Source of the DNA: an uncultured Ignavibacteriales bacterium
Lineage (GTDB): Bacteria > Zixibacteria > MSB-5A5 > GN15 > FEB-12
Direction: 5' to 3'
DNA: 64,000 bases
NCBI GenBank assembly: GCA_964650395.1
Contig: CAZYRH010000001.1
Coordinates: 6-64,005, forward strand
This document shows, in pieces, positions 1-9,530 of this stretch. The position numbers and the translations under genes were made by a program. Position 1 is the stretch's first letter, and each line of letters opens with the position of its first letter. The notes beneath the pieces are model-generated. The model did not search any database, was not told the DNA's origin, and saw only the letters and a program-made list of their open reading frames with translations.

Positions 1-930
1 CCTGAATATCAAAAGTGGAGCGTGAGAATGAAATACGGCAAACAGAGTACTCTGCGATATGTCGGCGGCGTATGGCCGGAATTCGGTGACATGCGGAATG
101 TGATTCCCGCCGAAGGTTCACGATTTATCAACGAACGTGACATGGCCGAGAAACGAAGGGTGATATTCCTCGGAGATCGTTTGAAGAAGGATCTGTTCGA
201 CACCGAAGAAGCGATTGGCAAACGAATTCTGGTCAACGGCACGCCGTTTACCGTTATCGGGGTGATGAAGGAGAAGGAGCAAAACAGTTCCTATACCGGA
301 CGAGACAACCGGCACTCATGGATTCCATCCTCGACTTTCAGGACGATGTTTTCACACCGCTATATCAATCTGTTTATTGTCCAGGCGCTGCCGACGTTGA
401 GCATGGAAGTAACCAAGCGCGAGATATCTGAACTGCTTGGCTCGAGGTACAAGTTTGATCCCTCTGACACGGAAACCCTGGGTATATGGGACACTACCCG
501 GGGGATTGCTTTCCTGAAGACGTTCTTTCTGGCGTTCCAATATTTTTTGGTGGGGATTGGCGTTGCTACTCTTATCACCGGCGGTATCGGCGTTTCCAAC
601 ATTATGAATGTCGTTCTGGAGGAACGAACCAAGGAAGTCGGCATCAAGATGGCGTTGGGCGCCCACAAGGGAATGATATTGATGCAGTTTGTTATGGAAA
701 CTCTTCTGATCACCGCCGTGGGTGGCTTCTTTGGATTTGTGTTTGCTTACGTTATCGTGCAACTGTTCCCGATGTGGCAGTTGGAAGAATATGTTGGTAT
801 CCCGAGTGTAGACGTTTGGGGCGGCATTATGGTCACTATAGTGCTCGGTTTGGTCGGTCTGGCGGCTGGTTTCTTCCCAGCCCGGCGGGCTGCAAACCTG
901 CAGCCGGTTCAAGCACTGAAGCTGTTTTAG
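1..930 (+). CDS. ABC transporter permease, MacB/FtsX family (5' end outside window)
   Basis: The frame is open from base 1, and the track ORF at 22 is an internal GTG. It is colinear with the paralogue at 937-2184 (FTVIGVMKEKEQNSSY vs FTVVGVMKEKLQNSSY). The C-terminal FtsX-type block reads EERTKEVGIKMALGA, followed by TM helices. Confidence 0.85.
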   Translation, partial: PEYQKWSVRMKYGKQSTLRYVGGVWPEFGDMRNVIPAEGSRFINERDMAEKRRVIFLGDRLKKDLFDTEEAIGKRILVNGTPFTVIGVMKEKEQNSSYTGRDNRHSWIPSSTFRTMFSHRYINLFIVQALPTLSMEVTKREISELLGSRYKFDPSDTETLGIWDTTRGIAFLKTFFLAFQYFLVGIGVATLITGGIGVSNIMNVVLEERTKEVGIKMALGAHKGMILMQFVMETLLITAVGGFFGFVFAYVIVQLFPMWQLEEYVGIPSVDVWGGIMVTIVLGLVGLAAGFFPARRAANLQPVQALKLF

Positions 931-936
931 GATTCT

Positions 937-2184
937 ATGAGACTATCGATCATTTACAATGTGTTCATTCGGGATTTCCGCAAGCAGAAAAAGCGTATAA
1001 CGCTTACTGTACTGGCCTTAGGCTGGGGAACGGTTTCCATTATGCTGCTGCTTGGCTTTGGTGAAGGACTGCACCGGCAGATGACTATCAACAGCAAGGG
1101 CCTGGGTGAAGGGATCGCCATCATGTGGGGTGGGCAGACATCGATTCCATTCAAGGGCATGGGTAAGGGGCGACGCATACACCTGTTTCCTGATGATGTC
1201 AACTATCTGAAGGAAAGAATACCAGAGATCAAAGAGATCGGCGGCCAGTACGACCGGTGGGGTATGAAGCTCAAGTATGGGGACAACCTTGTCAGCGAAC
1301 ACATCTGTGGCGTCCCGCCGAATTACGAGCAGATGCGCAACCTCATTCCGGAACGCGGCGGCCGTATGATCAATAACCTCGATGTCAAACTACGTCGCCG
1401 GGTCGCCTTTCTGGGGAATAACCTCAAAGAACGACTGTTCGGTGACGAAGATGCCGTCGGCAAGTGCTTGCTGATGAACAGTATGCCTTTTACGGTTGTC
1501 GGGGTGATGAAGGAGAAACTGCAAAACAGCAGCTACCACGGCCCCGACGAAGATATTTTCTTTATACCGCCAACGACCTTCGTGGCCATCTTCGGCGATC
1601 CCTACCTCGACAACATCGTCTACCAGCTACGCGACCCGAATGAGAACGAGATTGTGGAGCGCAAGGTGTTCGAGGCAATGGGAGTCAGGTATAAATTTGA
1701 TCCTGACGACGACCGAGCGCTGTCGGTCTGGGACACGGTTGCCGGCAGCCGCGAGTTTGACAACATCATGTTCGGGATAACTATATTCATGGGTATTATC
1801 GGAGGTTTGACGCTGCTCATTGCCGGGGTAGGGGTAGCCAATATCATGTATGTATCCATCAAGGAACGCACGCGCGAAATCGGTATCAAGATGGCTGTTG
1901 GCGCTCGCAGATCATATATCCTCGCTCAATTCCTGCTGGAAGCGTTGCTGATAACATTCCTTGGTGGAGCAGGGGGGATGGCCGTCAGTTATGTCCTGAC
2001 GGAAGGATTCAAGCGGATACCAATTGAATCGGACGTGTTGAACTTCCTCGGACGCCCGACTCTTTCGTTTGAGATAGGAGTGGTTGTGATTATCATCCTC
2101 GGTGTGATGGGGATACTTTCGGGTTTGTTTCCGGCTATGAGAGCAGCGTCGGTTAACCCGGTGGAGTCGCTGAGATATGAGTAA
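937..2184 (+). CDS. ABC transporter permease, MacB/FtsX family
   Basis: 415 aa with an N-terminal TM helix, a periplasmic MacB-like domain and a C-terminal FtsX block (KERTREIGIKMAVGA plus 3 TM helices). It is a tandem paralogue of the upstream gene. Confidence 0.9.
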   Translation: MRLSIIYNVFIRDFRKQKKRITLTVLALGWGTVSIMLLLGFGEGLHRQMTINSKGLGEGIAIMWGGQTSIPFKGMGKGRRIHLFPDDVNYLKERIPEIKEIGGQYDRWGMKLKYGDNLVSEHICGVPPNYEQMRNLIPERGGRMINNLDVKLRRRVAFLGNNLKERLFGDEDAVGKCLLMNSMPFTVVGVMKEKLQNSSYHGPDEDIFFIPPTTFVAIFGDPYLDNIVYQLRDPNENEIVERKVFEAMGVRYKFDPDDDRALSVWDTVAGSREFDNIMFGITIFMGIIGGLTLLIAGVGVANIMYVSIKERTREIGIKMAVGARRSYILAQFLLEALLITFLGGAGGMAVSYVLTEGFKRIPIESDVLNFLGRPTLSFEIGVVVIIILGVMGILSGLFPAMRAASVNPVESLRYE

Positions 2185-2202
2185 GGGTAGAGTCTATCCA
2201 TG

Positions 2203-2282
2203 TCATTCCCGCGAAAGCGGGAATCTTTCGTGGGCAGCTCGCCAAAGGCAAGTCCACATCTGCCCCATTCGAGTTCGCACAC
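2203..2282 (+). repeat. Composite intergenic hairpin repeat (TCATTCCCGC-GAAA-GCGGGAATC hairpin plus 56-nt structured repeat)
   Basis: Perfect stem ATTCCCGC/GCGGGAAT at 2204-2224. Bases 2227-2282 are about 89% identical to 32292-32347 by hand alignment. It lies between the permease stop and the ATPase start. Confidence 0.8.
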
Positions 2283-2328
2283 AAGAAGCTGTGTTAACCA
2301 CCGACTTGATAAGATGGAGAAAGCGACA

Positions 2329-3006
2329 ATGATAGATCTTCAACAGGTTACCAAAACCTACATAACCGGCACGGTTGAATTTCAGGCGTTGAAGGGAATT
2401 GACCTTCAGGTAAACAAAGGTGAGCTTATCGCCGTAGTGGGCCCCTCCGGCTCCGGAAAGTCAACTCTGATGAATATCGTCGGCTGCCTTGATATTCCCA
2501 CGTCGGGTGAGTACCGGCTTGACGGGCGGTTGGTCACGACTCTGACATCCAACCAACTGGCCGACATTCGCAACAAGAAGGTCGGTTTTGTGTTTCAGGC
2601 TTTTAATTTGTTGCCGTATGCCACGGCTTACGAAAATGTCGAAGTGCCGCTGCTTTTTGCCAAGGTCGGTGGGCGGAAAAGGAGACAAAGAGTAACCGAG
2701 GTTCTGGCACAGGTGGGATTAGCTGATAAGGCCAACAATAAGCCGACCGAACTATCGGGCGGGGAGATGCAAAGGGTGGCTATTGCTCGCGCCCTGGCCA
2801 ACGAGCCGGAGATAATTCTGGCCGACGAACCAACCGGCAATCTTGATACCAAATCCGGCGGAGAGATCATCAACTTATTCGATGGACTCTGGAGATCGGG
2901 GAAAACTGTCATCATCATTAGTCACGACGTTTCTATTGCTAAACGTGCTCAACGGATTGTCAAACTCAAGGACGGTCTTGTCGAATCCAACGGCAACTTG
3001 CTGTAA
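2329..3006 (+). CDS. ABC transporter ATP-binding protein (MacB/LolD-like)
   Basis: Walker [10 protein letters not shown], signature [15 protein letters not shown], Walker [13 protein letters not shown] chose the ATG at 2329 (GGAG 9 nt upstream); the ATG at 2314 is also possible. The track start at 2200 reads through the repeat and is rejected. Confidence 0.9.
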   Translation: MIDLQQVTKTYITGTVEFQALKGIDLQVNKGELIAVVGPSGSGKSTLMNIVGCLDIPTSGEYRLDGRLVTTLTSNQLADIRNKKVGFVFQAFNLLPYATAYENVEVPLLFAKVGGRKRRQRVTEVLAQVGLADKANNKPTELSGGEMQRVAIARALANEPEIILADEPTGNLDTKSGGEIINLFDGLWRSGKTVIIISHDVSIAKRAQRIVKLKDGLVESNGNLL

Positions 3007-3107
3007 CTTTGACGGTTGCTACCCCATCGATGCAATTATGGTTCGGTAGTCAAGAATCAAGTTGCATACCATTTACAAACATGTATATTGGGCTTGGAGA
3101 GAATCGC

Positions 3108-3821
3108 ATGGCGACTTCCATAGATGCTATCATAAACCGTCAGCTTTTGAAGTGGGAACTGGGGAAAAAGAAGGCTGACGAAGAAAGGAAACCAAGACCA
3201 ACTCCACCCCGAATTGTAACCGTCAGCCGACAACTTGGCAGCCGTGGTTCATACTTCGCTCAACAGCTCGCAGAAAGACTGAGTTATCAAAGCTTGCACC
3301 GCGAAGTAATTGATGCTATTTGTCAGTCTTCAGGCTACCGCAAAAGAGTGGTTCAATCGCTGGATGAGAAATTCTGCGGCGACTTAGAAGTCATGATAGA
3401 GTCGCTATTCACCGGCCAGTCAGTGGATCATCACGACTACTATCGGCACCTGTTTCAAATAGTGTTGTCAATGTCCCAACTGGGGGGCGTTATCCTTATT
3501 GGCCGAGGGGGAAATTTCATTCTCGGGCCTAATCGCGCTTTCCGCATGCGCTTTGTTGCTCCCAGGGAAAAGCGGATTGATAACCTCGTTAAATACATAA
3601 AGGTAACTGAGTCTGAAGCCGCCAAGATGATTGATACTTCTGACGCCGAACGAAAGGAATTGATCGCCAAGCTCTTTCATGTCGACAACGACAACCCTCG
3701 CCACTATGATTTGGTTGTTAACACTGCCTTTATTGATCTTAACAACCTGCTGGATACTGCGGTTAAGATGATTGAGACCAAATTTAAGAAGTTAGGGGCT
3801 ATGAACCTCTCGTCCTCTTAG
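3108..3821 (+). CDS. Cytidylate kinase-like family protein (AAA/Cytidylate_kin2-type)
   Basis: The N-terminal motif RIVTVSRQLGSRGSYFAQQLAERL is typical of the cytidylate-kinase-like family. The ATG at 3108 is preceded by GGAGAG. Confidence 0.65.
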   Translation: MATSIDAIINRQLLKWELGKKKADEERKPRPTPPRIVTVSRQLGSRGSYFAQQLAERLSYQSLHREVIDAICQSSGYRKRVVQSLDEKFCGDLEVMIESLFTGQSVDHHDYYRHLFQIVLSMSQLGGVILIGRGGNFILGPNRAFRMRFVAPREKRIDNLVKYIKVTESEAAKMIDTSDAERKELIAKLFHVDNDNPRHYDLVVNTAFIDLNNLLDTAVKMIETKFKKLGAMNLSSS

Positions 3822-3843
3822 GAGACCGTCTTAAAAGTCAACA

Positions 3844-3948
3844 GTCATCGCGAGCGACCGAAGTGAGAGTGGCGATCTCAATTGTGTAATTGTCTCCTCT
3901 GTAAGGGATTGCCACGTCGTCCGCCTCAGGCGGACTCCTCGCAATGAC
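3844..3948. repeat. Inverted-repeat element GTCATYGCGAGCGAC...CTCCTCGCWATGAC (copy 1)
   Basis: The termini GTCATCGCGAG and CTCGCAATGAC are reverse complements. The second copy is at 45390-45469. It lies in a convergent intergenic region. Confidence 0.75.
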
Positions 3949-4052
3949 AGTTTCGGGAGCTTGTGCGGTCAAAAGTCATTCTTTTGTCACAACCTCTGGA
4001 GAGAGCTGCCCTACTGAGCCGCTGTTTCATTTAGTTGACGAAAAAATGAGTC

Positions 4053-4805
4053 TTAGACGACCGGCAAAACTTCCCGAGGATCAAACTTCGCCTTCAACTT
4101 GCGGGAATAGACAGCGTCAGGTGCGTTGTTGCTCTCGGCCAAACCGGCCAAAAAATTCTCTCGGTCAATGGCGTTCATTTTCATTGAGCTCGAATCCGCC
4201 TTCGCTGTACTGGGCAAAATACGAAACGATGCGGACACGATCAGACCGAGCAGCCCCCAGGAATTAGAGAAGATTTTGACTAGATCATATCCAGAAACAG
4301 ATTTGAAGCAGATAGAGCCAGGGTTGATGATATCCCCTTTGGGGGTGACGATTTCCGCTTTGATGAAATACTTTTTCAAAGGGAAATCATGGCCATCCAG
4401 TTCAGCGCTCAGCCCGGTTGCGATGGCTCCGCCCACCGAACCAACGTAGGGAAGAGAGGAATGGGGTAGATAGAGCTTGATTCTTTCGAGTTGAAGATTG
4501 ATTTCTTGCAGTGGGTATCCGGAACCGGTGGTGATATAGAAATCTTTGGGAGCAATCTCAAGTACAGTGTTCAGCCGGTCGGTTCTGATTGACACCATAT
4601 CGACAAAGGGCTGGCCTACCGGATCGATGTTGTTGCCGAAGCCGGTGATGTACATTTTTTGACCGTATTGGTTGGCCAGCTTAAACAGTCTGGCGGCTTC
4701 ATCTGCTGACTCCGGATGAAAAGTGGGCACGGCTTTCTGGTAGGTCAACCTGTCATCAGGGAATTCGGATTTGATAATCGAAATGAAGTTTCCAGTCTCA
4801 CTCAT
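4053..4805 (-). CDS. FAD-binding oxidoreductase (FAD_binding_4 / GlcE-like)
   Basis: 250 aa. The pattern GFGNN...VSIRTDRLN...I..GSGYPL..IN..L...LYLP...VGSVGG resembles the FAD-binding PCMH domain of glycolate oxidase subunit-like proteins. Confidence 0.6.
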   Translation of the reverse strand: MSETGNFISIIKSEFPDDRLTYQKAVPTFHPESADEAARLFKLANQYGQKMYITGFGNNIDPVGQPFVDMVSIRTDRLNTVLEIAPKDFYITTGSGYPLQEINLQLERIKLYLPHSSLPYVGSVGGAIATGLSAELDGHDFPLKKYFIKAEIVTPKGDIINPGSICFKSVSGYDLVKIFSNSWGLLGLIVSASFRILPSTAKADSSSMKMNAIDRENFLAGLAESNNAPDAVYSRKLKAKFDPREVLPVV

Positions 4806-5307
4806 AGTAAGAAGATAGGAATCTTTTTAAGGCTGTCAATCAGAGGATTACAAATAGATACTGATTGATGTGGTTTTAAGGAGTACTCACGACTTGATGA
4901 TCAAAGTACCTTCAGCTTTTCATGTTACAAAGATGTCCCCTTTTTTAATAAGTGCTGCGGCGATGTCAACATTATTTTAATGCCTTATGACATCATCCGA
5001 CTCAAAAACAATCTTAGCATCAGCCCCAGTGAATTGTGTTACTAATTTCCTATACGTATTTATAACCCTCAAAACGATAAAAATTCTGCCATCGAACCAT
5101 CGCCCTGACGTGCTCAACTCGCAATTATCAAGCGATTGGCTTACTTGGCCATCAGGAACGTTTTAACACCCTCCCGGTTACCATTTGTTTAGACTGCGAT
5201 ACTGAATCCAGATTCAAGGGGTTAAGCAGTTCTCTTGACACGGGAAGTGTAATTACTCTAATTACCCATGAGTGAACTTGTGAGGGATTGGAAATTGATA
5301 AATCGAT

Positions 5308-6882
5308 ATGAAGAGCGAATCTAAAATCGTAACGTTATTTGCAGCGTGCGGCTTCTGCTTACTGGTTTTGCTGCTGAGTTGTTCGGAGGAACCCACCAAT
5401 TCCTCAACCCCGACTCTGCAGGTTGAGCCGACATCTCTCCATCGGACCACTGTGTGCAACAGACCAATCGGTCGAAGTGAGATTGATGTCCGAGGCATAG
5501 GGGAAGAGGGGATAACCTTCACCGCGATGAGTTCGGCAACCTGGCTCACTCTTACCAATGCTTCTGGAGCTACCCCCGGCACTATTTTCGTGAATTTTGG
5601 TGTTGGAAGTTTTGACGTAGGGGTGTATGTTGACACAATTGTAATTACATCTTTGCAGGCGATCAATTCTCCCCAATTTGTTGAAGTCACTTTGACTATT
5701 GCGTCGGAAATAAAAGTCTCCTCCGATAGTCTCAACTTTCTGGGATTAAGGTCTGGTGCCAATCCACAGCCACAGAAGATTGTCATCACCGATACCTGTG
5801 AGACTGGTTTTAGCTACACTCTCAGCGAATCAGCCTCGTGGCTCGCTCTTTCCCCTGAGAGTGGGACGGCGCCGGACACGGTCACGGTGAGCGTCGATAT
5901 CGCCGGCCTGCCCATCGGCATCTTCACGGAGATCATCACTATAGATGCTCCGCAGGCGGCCAATTCGCCGCGAGGAGTTCCCTGTACTCTGGTCATGTCC
6001 AGTTGGGGTCAGCAGGAAAACCCAATCCAGCAGGATTTGCGAGGAGTGACGTTTGTGGACGAATACCGTGGCTGGGCGGTTGGTATCGATAATAACTTTC
6101 CTGAAAGAATGGGGTTCATTATTACCACCGTCGATGGGGGACAGCACTGGGTTCCCCAGAGGGTGGCAGTAGACTCGGGACTGGGGGATGTGGCTTTTGT
6201 CGATGCCAGCACCGGTTGGACGGTTGGCGTCGGCGGCTACATTGTACATACATCTAACGGCGGCAACAGTTGGACCAGTCAAACCAGCGGAACTACCAAG
6301 GATTTGTGGGGAGTAACTTTCATTGATCCCGATACCGGTTGGGCAGTAGGTCGAGATGGCGTGGTTTTGCATACCACTAACGGTGGAGACAATTGGAATG
6401 AACAGTCAAGTAGCACAACCGCTCCCTTGAGCCAAGTTGCCTTTGTTGACTCCCGATATGGCTGGGCAGTGGGCAATGCCGGAACAATCATTTACACTAA
6501 TGCCGGCGGGGACAACTGGACCAACCAGGTGAGCGGAACCGGCAGCAATCTGCGGGACGTCTATTTCACTGATAGAGATACCGGTTGGGTCGTTGGATCA
6601 GAAGGCACAGTCCTGCACACCACCGACGGTGGTGACACCTGGCTCCCTCAACTGGTATCCACTGATAACCAGTTGAATGGTATTGCTTTTTCAAGTGTGG
6701 GTCAAGGTTGGGCTGTTGGCGGTAACGGGACGATACTGTACACCACGGACGGCGAAAGTTGGTCGGTGCAGGTAAGCGGAATGACTAAAGATCTGTTTGA
6801 CGTTCATTTCTTTGATGAGAACATTGGCTGGGCGGTGGGGGAAAAGGGGCTAATTATTCATACTCTCAGCGGCGGCAACTAG
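5308..6882 (+). CDS. Lipoprotein with BACON-like domains and a Ycf48/BNR-like beta-propeller
   Basis: Signal peptide plus lipobox (LLLSC). There are two Ig-like segments (ATWLTL...GATPGT, ASWLALSPESGTAPDT), followed by about 7 repeats of the blade motif T.dGG..W. Confidence 0.75.
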   Translation: MKSESKIVTLFAACGFCLLVLLLSCSEEPTNSSTPTLQVEPTSLHRTTVCNRPIGRSEIDVRGIGEEGITFTAMSSATWLTLTNASGATPGTIFVNFGVGSFDVGVYVDTIVITSLQAINSPQFVEVTLTIASEIKVSSDSLNFLGLRSGANPQPQKIVITDTCETGFSYTLSESASWLALSPESGTAPDTVTVSVDIAGLPIGIFTEIITIDAPQAANSPRGVPCTLVMSSWGQQENPIQQDLRGVTFVDEYRGWAVGIDNNFPERMGFIITTVDGGQHWVPQRVAVDSGLGDVAFVDASTGWTVGVGGYIVHTSNGGNSWTSQTSGTTKDLWGVTFIDPDTGWAVGRDGVVLHTTNGGDNWNEQSSSTTAPLSQVAFVDSRYGWAVGNAGTIIYTNAGGDNWTNQVSGTGSNLRDVYFTDRDTGWVVGSEGTVLHTTDGGDTWLPQLVSTDNQLNGIAFSSVGQGWAVGGNGTILYTTDGESWSVQVSGMTKDLFDVHFFDENIGWAVGEKGLIIHTLSGGN

Positions 6883-6936
6883 TGTGATGTCCCAGAAATA
6901 CATGCTAATAAAAAAAGCAGCAAATTAAATCGTGGC

Positions 6937-6982
6937 ATGGGCATCTTGCCCATGATTCACGGGCATGATGCCCGAGCTACAG
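6937..6982. repeat. Tandem twin-hairpin element (ATGGGCA-TCT-TGCCCAT, CGGGCAT-G-ATGCCCG)
   Basis: Two adjacent perfect 7-bp stems are visible in the sequence. The element sits in a convergent intergenic region between 6882 and 7081. Confidence 0.7.
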
Positions 6983-7080
6983 CAAAAGAATATGTGAACA
7001 TATATTTGGGACGCAACACTAGTTATACTATCCCAAGTAAAAAAATAGTGTCACATGTTATAAGTGGTGGACAAAGAAAT

Positions 7081-7896
7081 TTAACCTGCTGCCATAATGT
7101 TAACTGCCCCTCTTTTTCTCTGGTAAACGTATATACCGAGGCCGAGCAGAAACAGTCCTATCGAGATAGCCTGGTTGTAGGTTGGATGCATTCCGAACAA
7201 GTGAAAACGCATTTCCTCTTCGTAGTAGCGGACATATTCAATTGCAAAACGGAAAACTGCCTCGATCATAAACAGTAGAGCCACCAGCTGCCCAGCAAAC
7301 CGCTTCCGCTTCATCATGAAATGCAACAGGAGGAACAATCCAAATCCGTACAATGAAATGTAGAGTTGTGACGGATGTATGGGGGCGTCGAGATACACTG
7401 CGTAGGGAATCGAATCCGGGGGGAATGAAACACCCCAGGGCAGGTCGGTGGGCGTCCCAAAGCAGCAGCCGTTCAGGAAGCACCCGATTCGTGCAATTCC
7501 CAGCCCCAACCCAAAAGCTGGTGAAAAATAATCGAAAACCTCCAATGTGGATATCTTCCTCCAATGGCAGTAGATAAAGGTGCCTATGATTGCCACCAGC
7601 ACCCCGCCGTACACGTTCAGTCCGGCGATACCAAACTGATCGGTCCCGAAGGGATTAAAGGAAGCCGTCCAATTGCCCTCGAATTCGTGGAGGTGGAACA
7701 GAACGTAAAACAGACGGGCGCCGAAAATGCCCCCGAAAATCATGATGTAGGCGACAGTTAGAAACCGTTCGAACGGTTTGTTGTCGCGTGATGTGAGATA
7801 TTTGATATACAGCACGCCGGCAAAAAAAGCCAGTGCCATCATTACCCCGTAGCTGCGAATGATAATTGGGCCAATACGAAAGAGTTCAGGATGCAT
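7081..7896 (-). CDS. lgt: Prolipoprotein diacylglyceryl transferase
   Basis: The motifs GARLFYVLFH and RIGCFLNGCCFGTPTDLPWGV, together with the multi-TM profile, match Lgt. Confidence 0.9.
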   Translation of the reverse strand: MHPELFRIGPIIIRSYGVMMALAFFAGVLYIKYLTSRDNKPFERFLTVAYIMIFGGIFGARLFYVLFHLHEFEGNWTASFNPFGTDQFGIAGLNVYGGVLVAIIGTFIYCHWRKISTLEVFDYFSPAFGLGLGIARIGCFLNGCCFGTPTDLPWGVSFPPDSIPYAVYLDAPIHPSQLYISLYGFGLFLLLHFMMKRKRFAGQLVALLFMIEAVFRFAIEYVRYYEEEMRFHLFGMHPTYNQAISIGLFLLGLGIYVYQRKRGAVNIMAAG

Positions 7897-8830
7897 GTTC
7901 TACCTCCAAATCCCTTTGAGGAAGGTGTGTGATACACGAACGGTTCCACCTTGGGTAGTATTTCCAGACCATCAAGGTAGTTACCAGTCCAAGGATACCC
8001 CCCACGAAAACGTCAGAAACGTAGTGAAACCTGCCCCAGACAGTGCCGATTGCCAGACCGATGTTTAGCGGCAACAATGTCCAGCCCGCTTTACGGTACT
8101 GTCGAAAGCAGTACATCATTATGACCAGCATCACTCCAAAATGCGACGATGGCATACACCCGCCCCGCACGGCGCCGTTGTCAATAACAACTTCCACCAT
8201 TTTTCTGAACAACGGACCTTCAATCTGGTTCACATATTGTCCTGCTAAATGCCATCGAGGTCCCTCGATTGGGTAAAGGAAAAAGAGGATATATGAGAGA
8301 AAAAAGGTGAGACAGGCAGCAGTCAGAAAACTCTTAATTGTTTCATAATGCTTCTTGACAAACAGCACCAGCAGGAAAACGAGTATCCAAAAGTAGTAAC
8401 TGAAATAGCAAAACGAAAACACCTCGTTGGCCCAAATGTTGAGCAAGTGCCGGTCAATATAGAGGGTGGGATTGACACCGAAAATCGCTTTCTCAAACGA
8501 GACCAGCTGGCTGTCATAGAAATGGCCAAACACCAGAAACATTAATCCACCTGTCGCTTGGTAAAAGAAGGTAAACAGCAGGATGGGATACGTGATGCGA
8601 ATAAGCGTGGACAAGCGGTTCCTGTGCTCATCAACATATCGGGCGATAAGAAGTGCCACAGCAATCATACAGGTATAGAACGCGATTTCGTCATAGTACA
8701 TCCGCATGGGCCTTCCAAGCAGCCCGATGAGCACCAACATCAGAAAAGAGTAACCGACAATCAGCCAGTCAAACGGATAGAGTCTGACAGTCGGTTTGTC
8801 CGGCGTTGGACTTGTCGCTGCGGAGGGCAC
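7886..8830 (-). CDS. PAP2-superfamily membrane protein (phosphatase/phosphotransferase-like)
   Basis: Polytopic protein with the PAP2 motifs PSSH and GRFHYVSD (H-x3-D). It overlaps lgt by 11 nt. Confidence 0.65.
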   Translation of the reverse strand: MPSAATSPTPDKPTVRLYPFDWLIVGYSFLMLVLIGLLGRPMRMYYDEIAFYTCMIAVALLIARYVDEHRNRLSTLIRITYPILLFTFFYQATGGLMFLVFGHFYDSQLVSFEKAIFGVNPTLYIDRHLLNIWANEVFSFCYFSYYFWILVFLLVLFVKKHYETIKSFLTAACLTFFLSYILFFLYPIEGPRWHLAGQYVNQIEGPLFRKMVEVVIDNGAVRGGCMPSSHFGVMLVIMMYCFRQYRKAGWTLLPLNIGLAIGTVWGRFHYVSDVFVGGILGLVTTLMVWKYYPRWNRSCITHLPQRDLEVEHAS

Positions 8831-9520
8831 CTACTTTTGTTCCTTTCCGCTCATCACCAAAACAATCTCACCTTTCACCGGTTTCTGAGTAATTGTATTT
8901 AAGATATCGCTTATTTGACCCCGCTGAAACTGCTCAAACCGCTTGCTTATCTCTCTGGCGAGACATGCCTTACGGTCGCCAAGCACTTCCAGCATATCAG
9001 TAAGAGACTTTGTGATACGATGAGGAGACTCATAAAAGACAAGAGTGTGTTCCAACTCTCTCAGTTTTTCCAGACGTTTCCTTCTGGCTGCAGACTTATG
9101 GGGCAGAAACCCCTCGAAGAAAAACCTATCGGTGGGGAGCCCTGAGGCGCTCAGAGCGGGAATTATAGCTGTTGCACCGGGGAGGGGAACAATATCTACG
9201 TCATTGGCAATGGCAGCTTGAACAATGCGGTAGGCAGGGTCGGAGATTCCCGGCGAGCCGGCATCAGTAATCACAGCTATTGAAATCCCCTGCTTGATCT
9301 TTGTTAAAAGCAACCTGGCTCGGCTGGCTTCATTGAAGTCGTAGTAGCTTACCAGTTTTTTTTTAATTCCGATTTTTTTAAGTAGAAGGCCGGAATGGCG
9401 GGTGTCTTCACACGCCACAAGATCGACTTTCTGCAGTACCTCCAATGCCCGCTGGGTTATGTCGCCCATATTTCCAATCGGGGTGGGAACGAGGTACAGT
9501 TTCCCGAATTCTGCAGTCAT
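8831..9520 (-). CDS. rsmI: 16S rRNA (cytidine1402-2'-O)-methyltransferase
   Basis: LYLVPTPIGNMGDIT, CEDTRHSG and the tetrapyrrole-methylase-like fold motifs. Confidence 0.9.
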   Translation of the reverse strand: MTAEFGKLYLVPTPIGNMGDITQRALEVLQKVDLVACEDTRHSGLLLKKIGIKKKLVSYYDFNEASRARLLLTKIKQGISIAVITDAGSPGISDPAYRIVQAAIANDVDIVPLPGATAIIPALSASGLPTDRFFFEGFLPHKSAARRKRLEKLRELEHTLVFYESPHRITKSLTDMLEVLGDRKACLAREISKRFEQFQRGQISDILNTITQKPVKGEIVLVMSGKEQK

Positions 9521-9530
9521 CGGAGAAATC

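Noticed and set aside
2200-2328. N-terminal extension of the ABC ATPase ORF (MSFPRKRESFVGSSPKASPHLPHS...)
   Set aside because: This segment is the translated intergenic hairpin repeat. The conserved ATPase N-terminus ([11 protein letters not shown]) begins at 2329 with its own SD.
5235-5264. TTGACA-N18-TAATTA, a possible sigma-70 promoter for the lipoprotein gene
   Set aside because: The match is plausible but the -10 element is poor, and the promoter consensus of this lineage is unknown. The support is not strong enough to list it as a feature.
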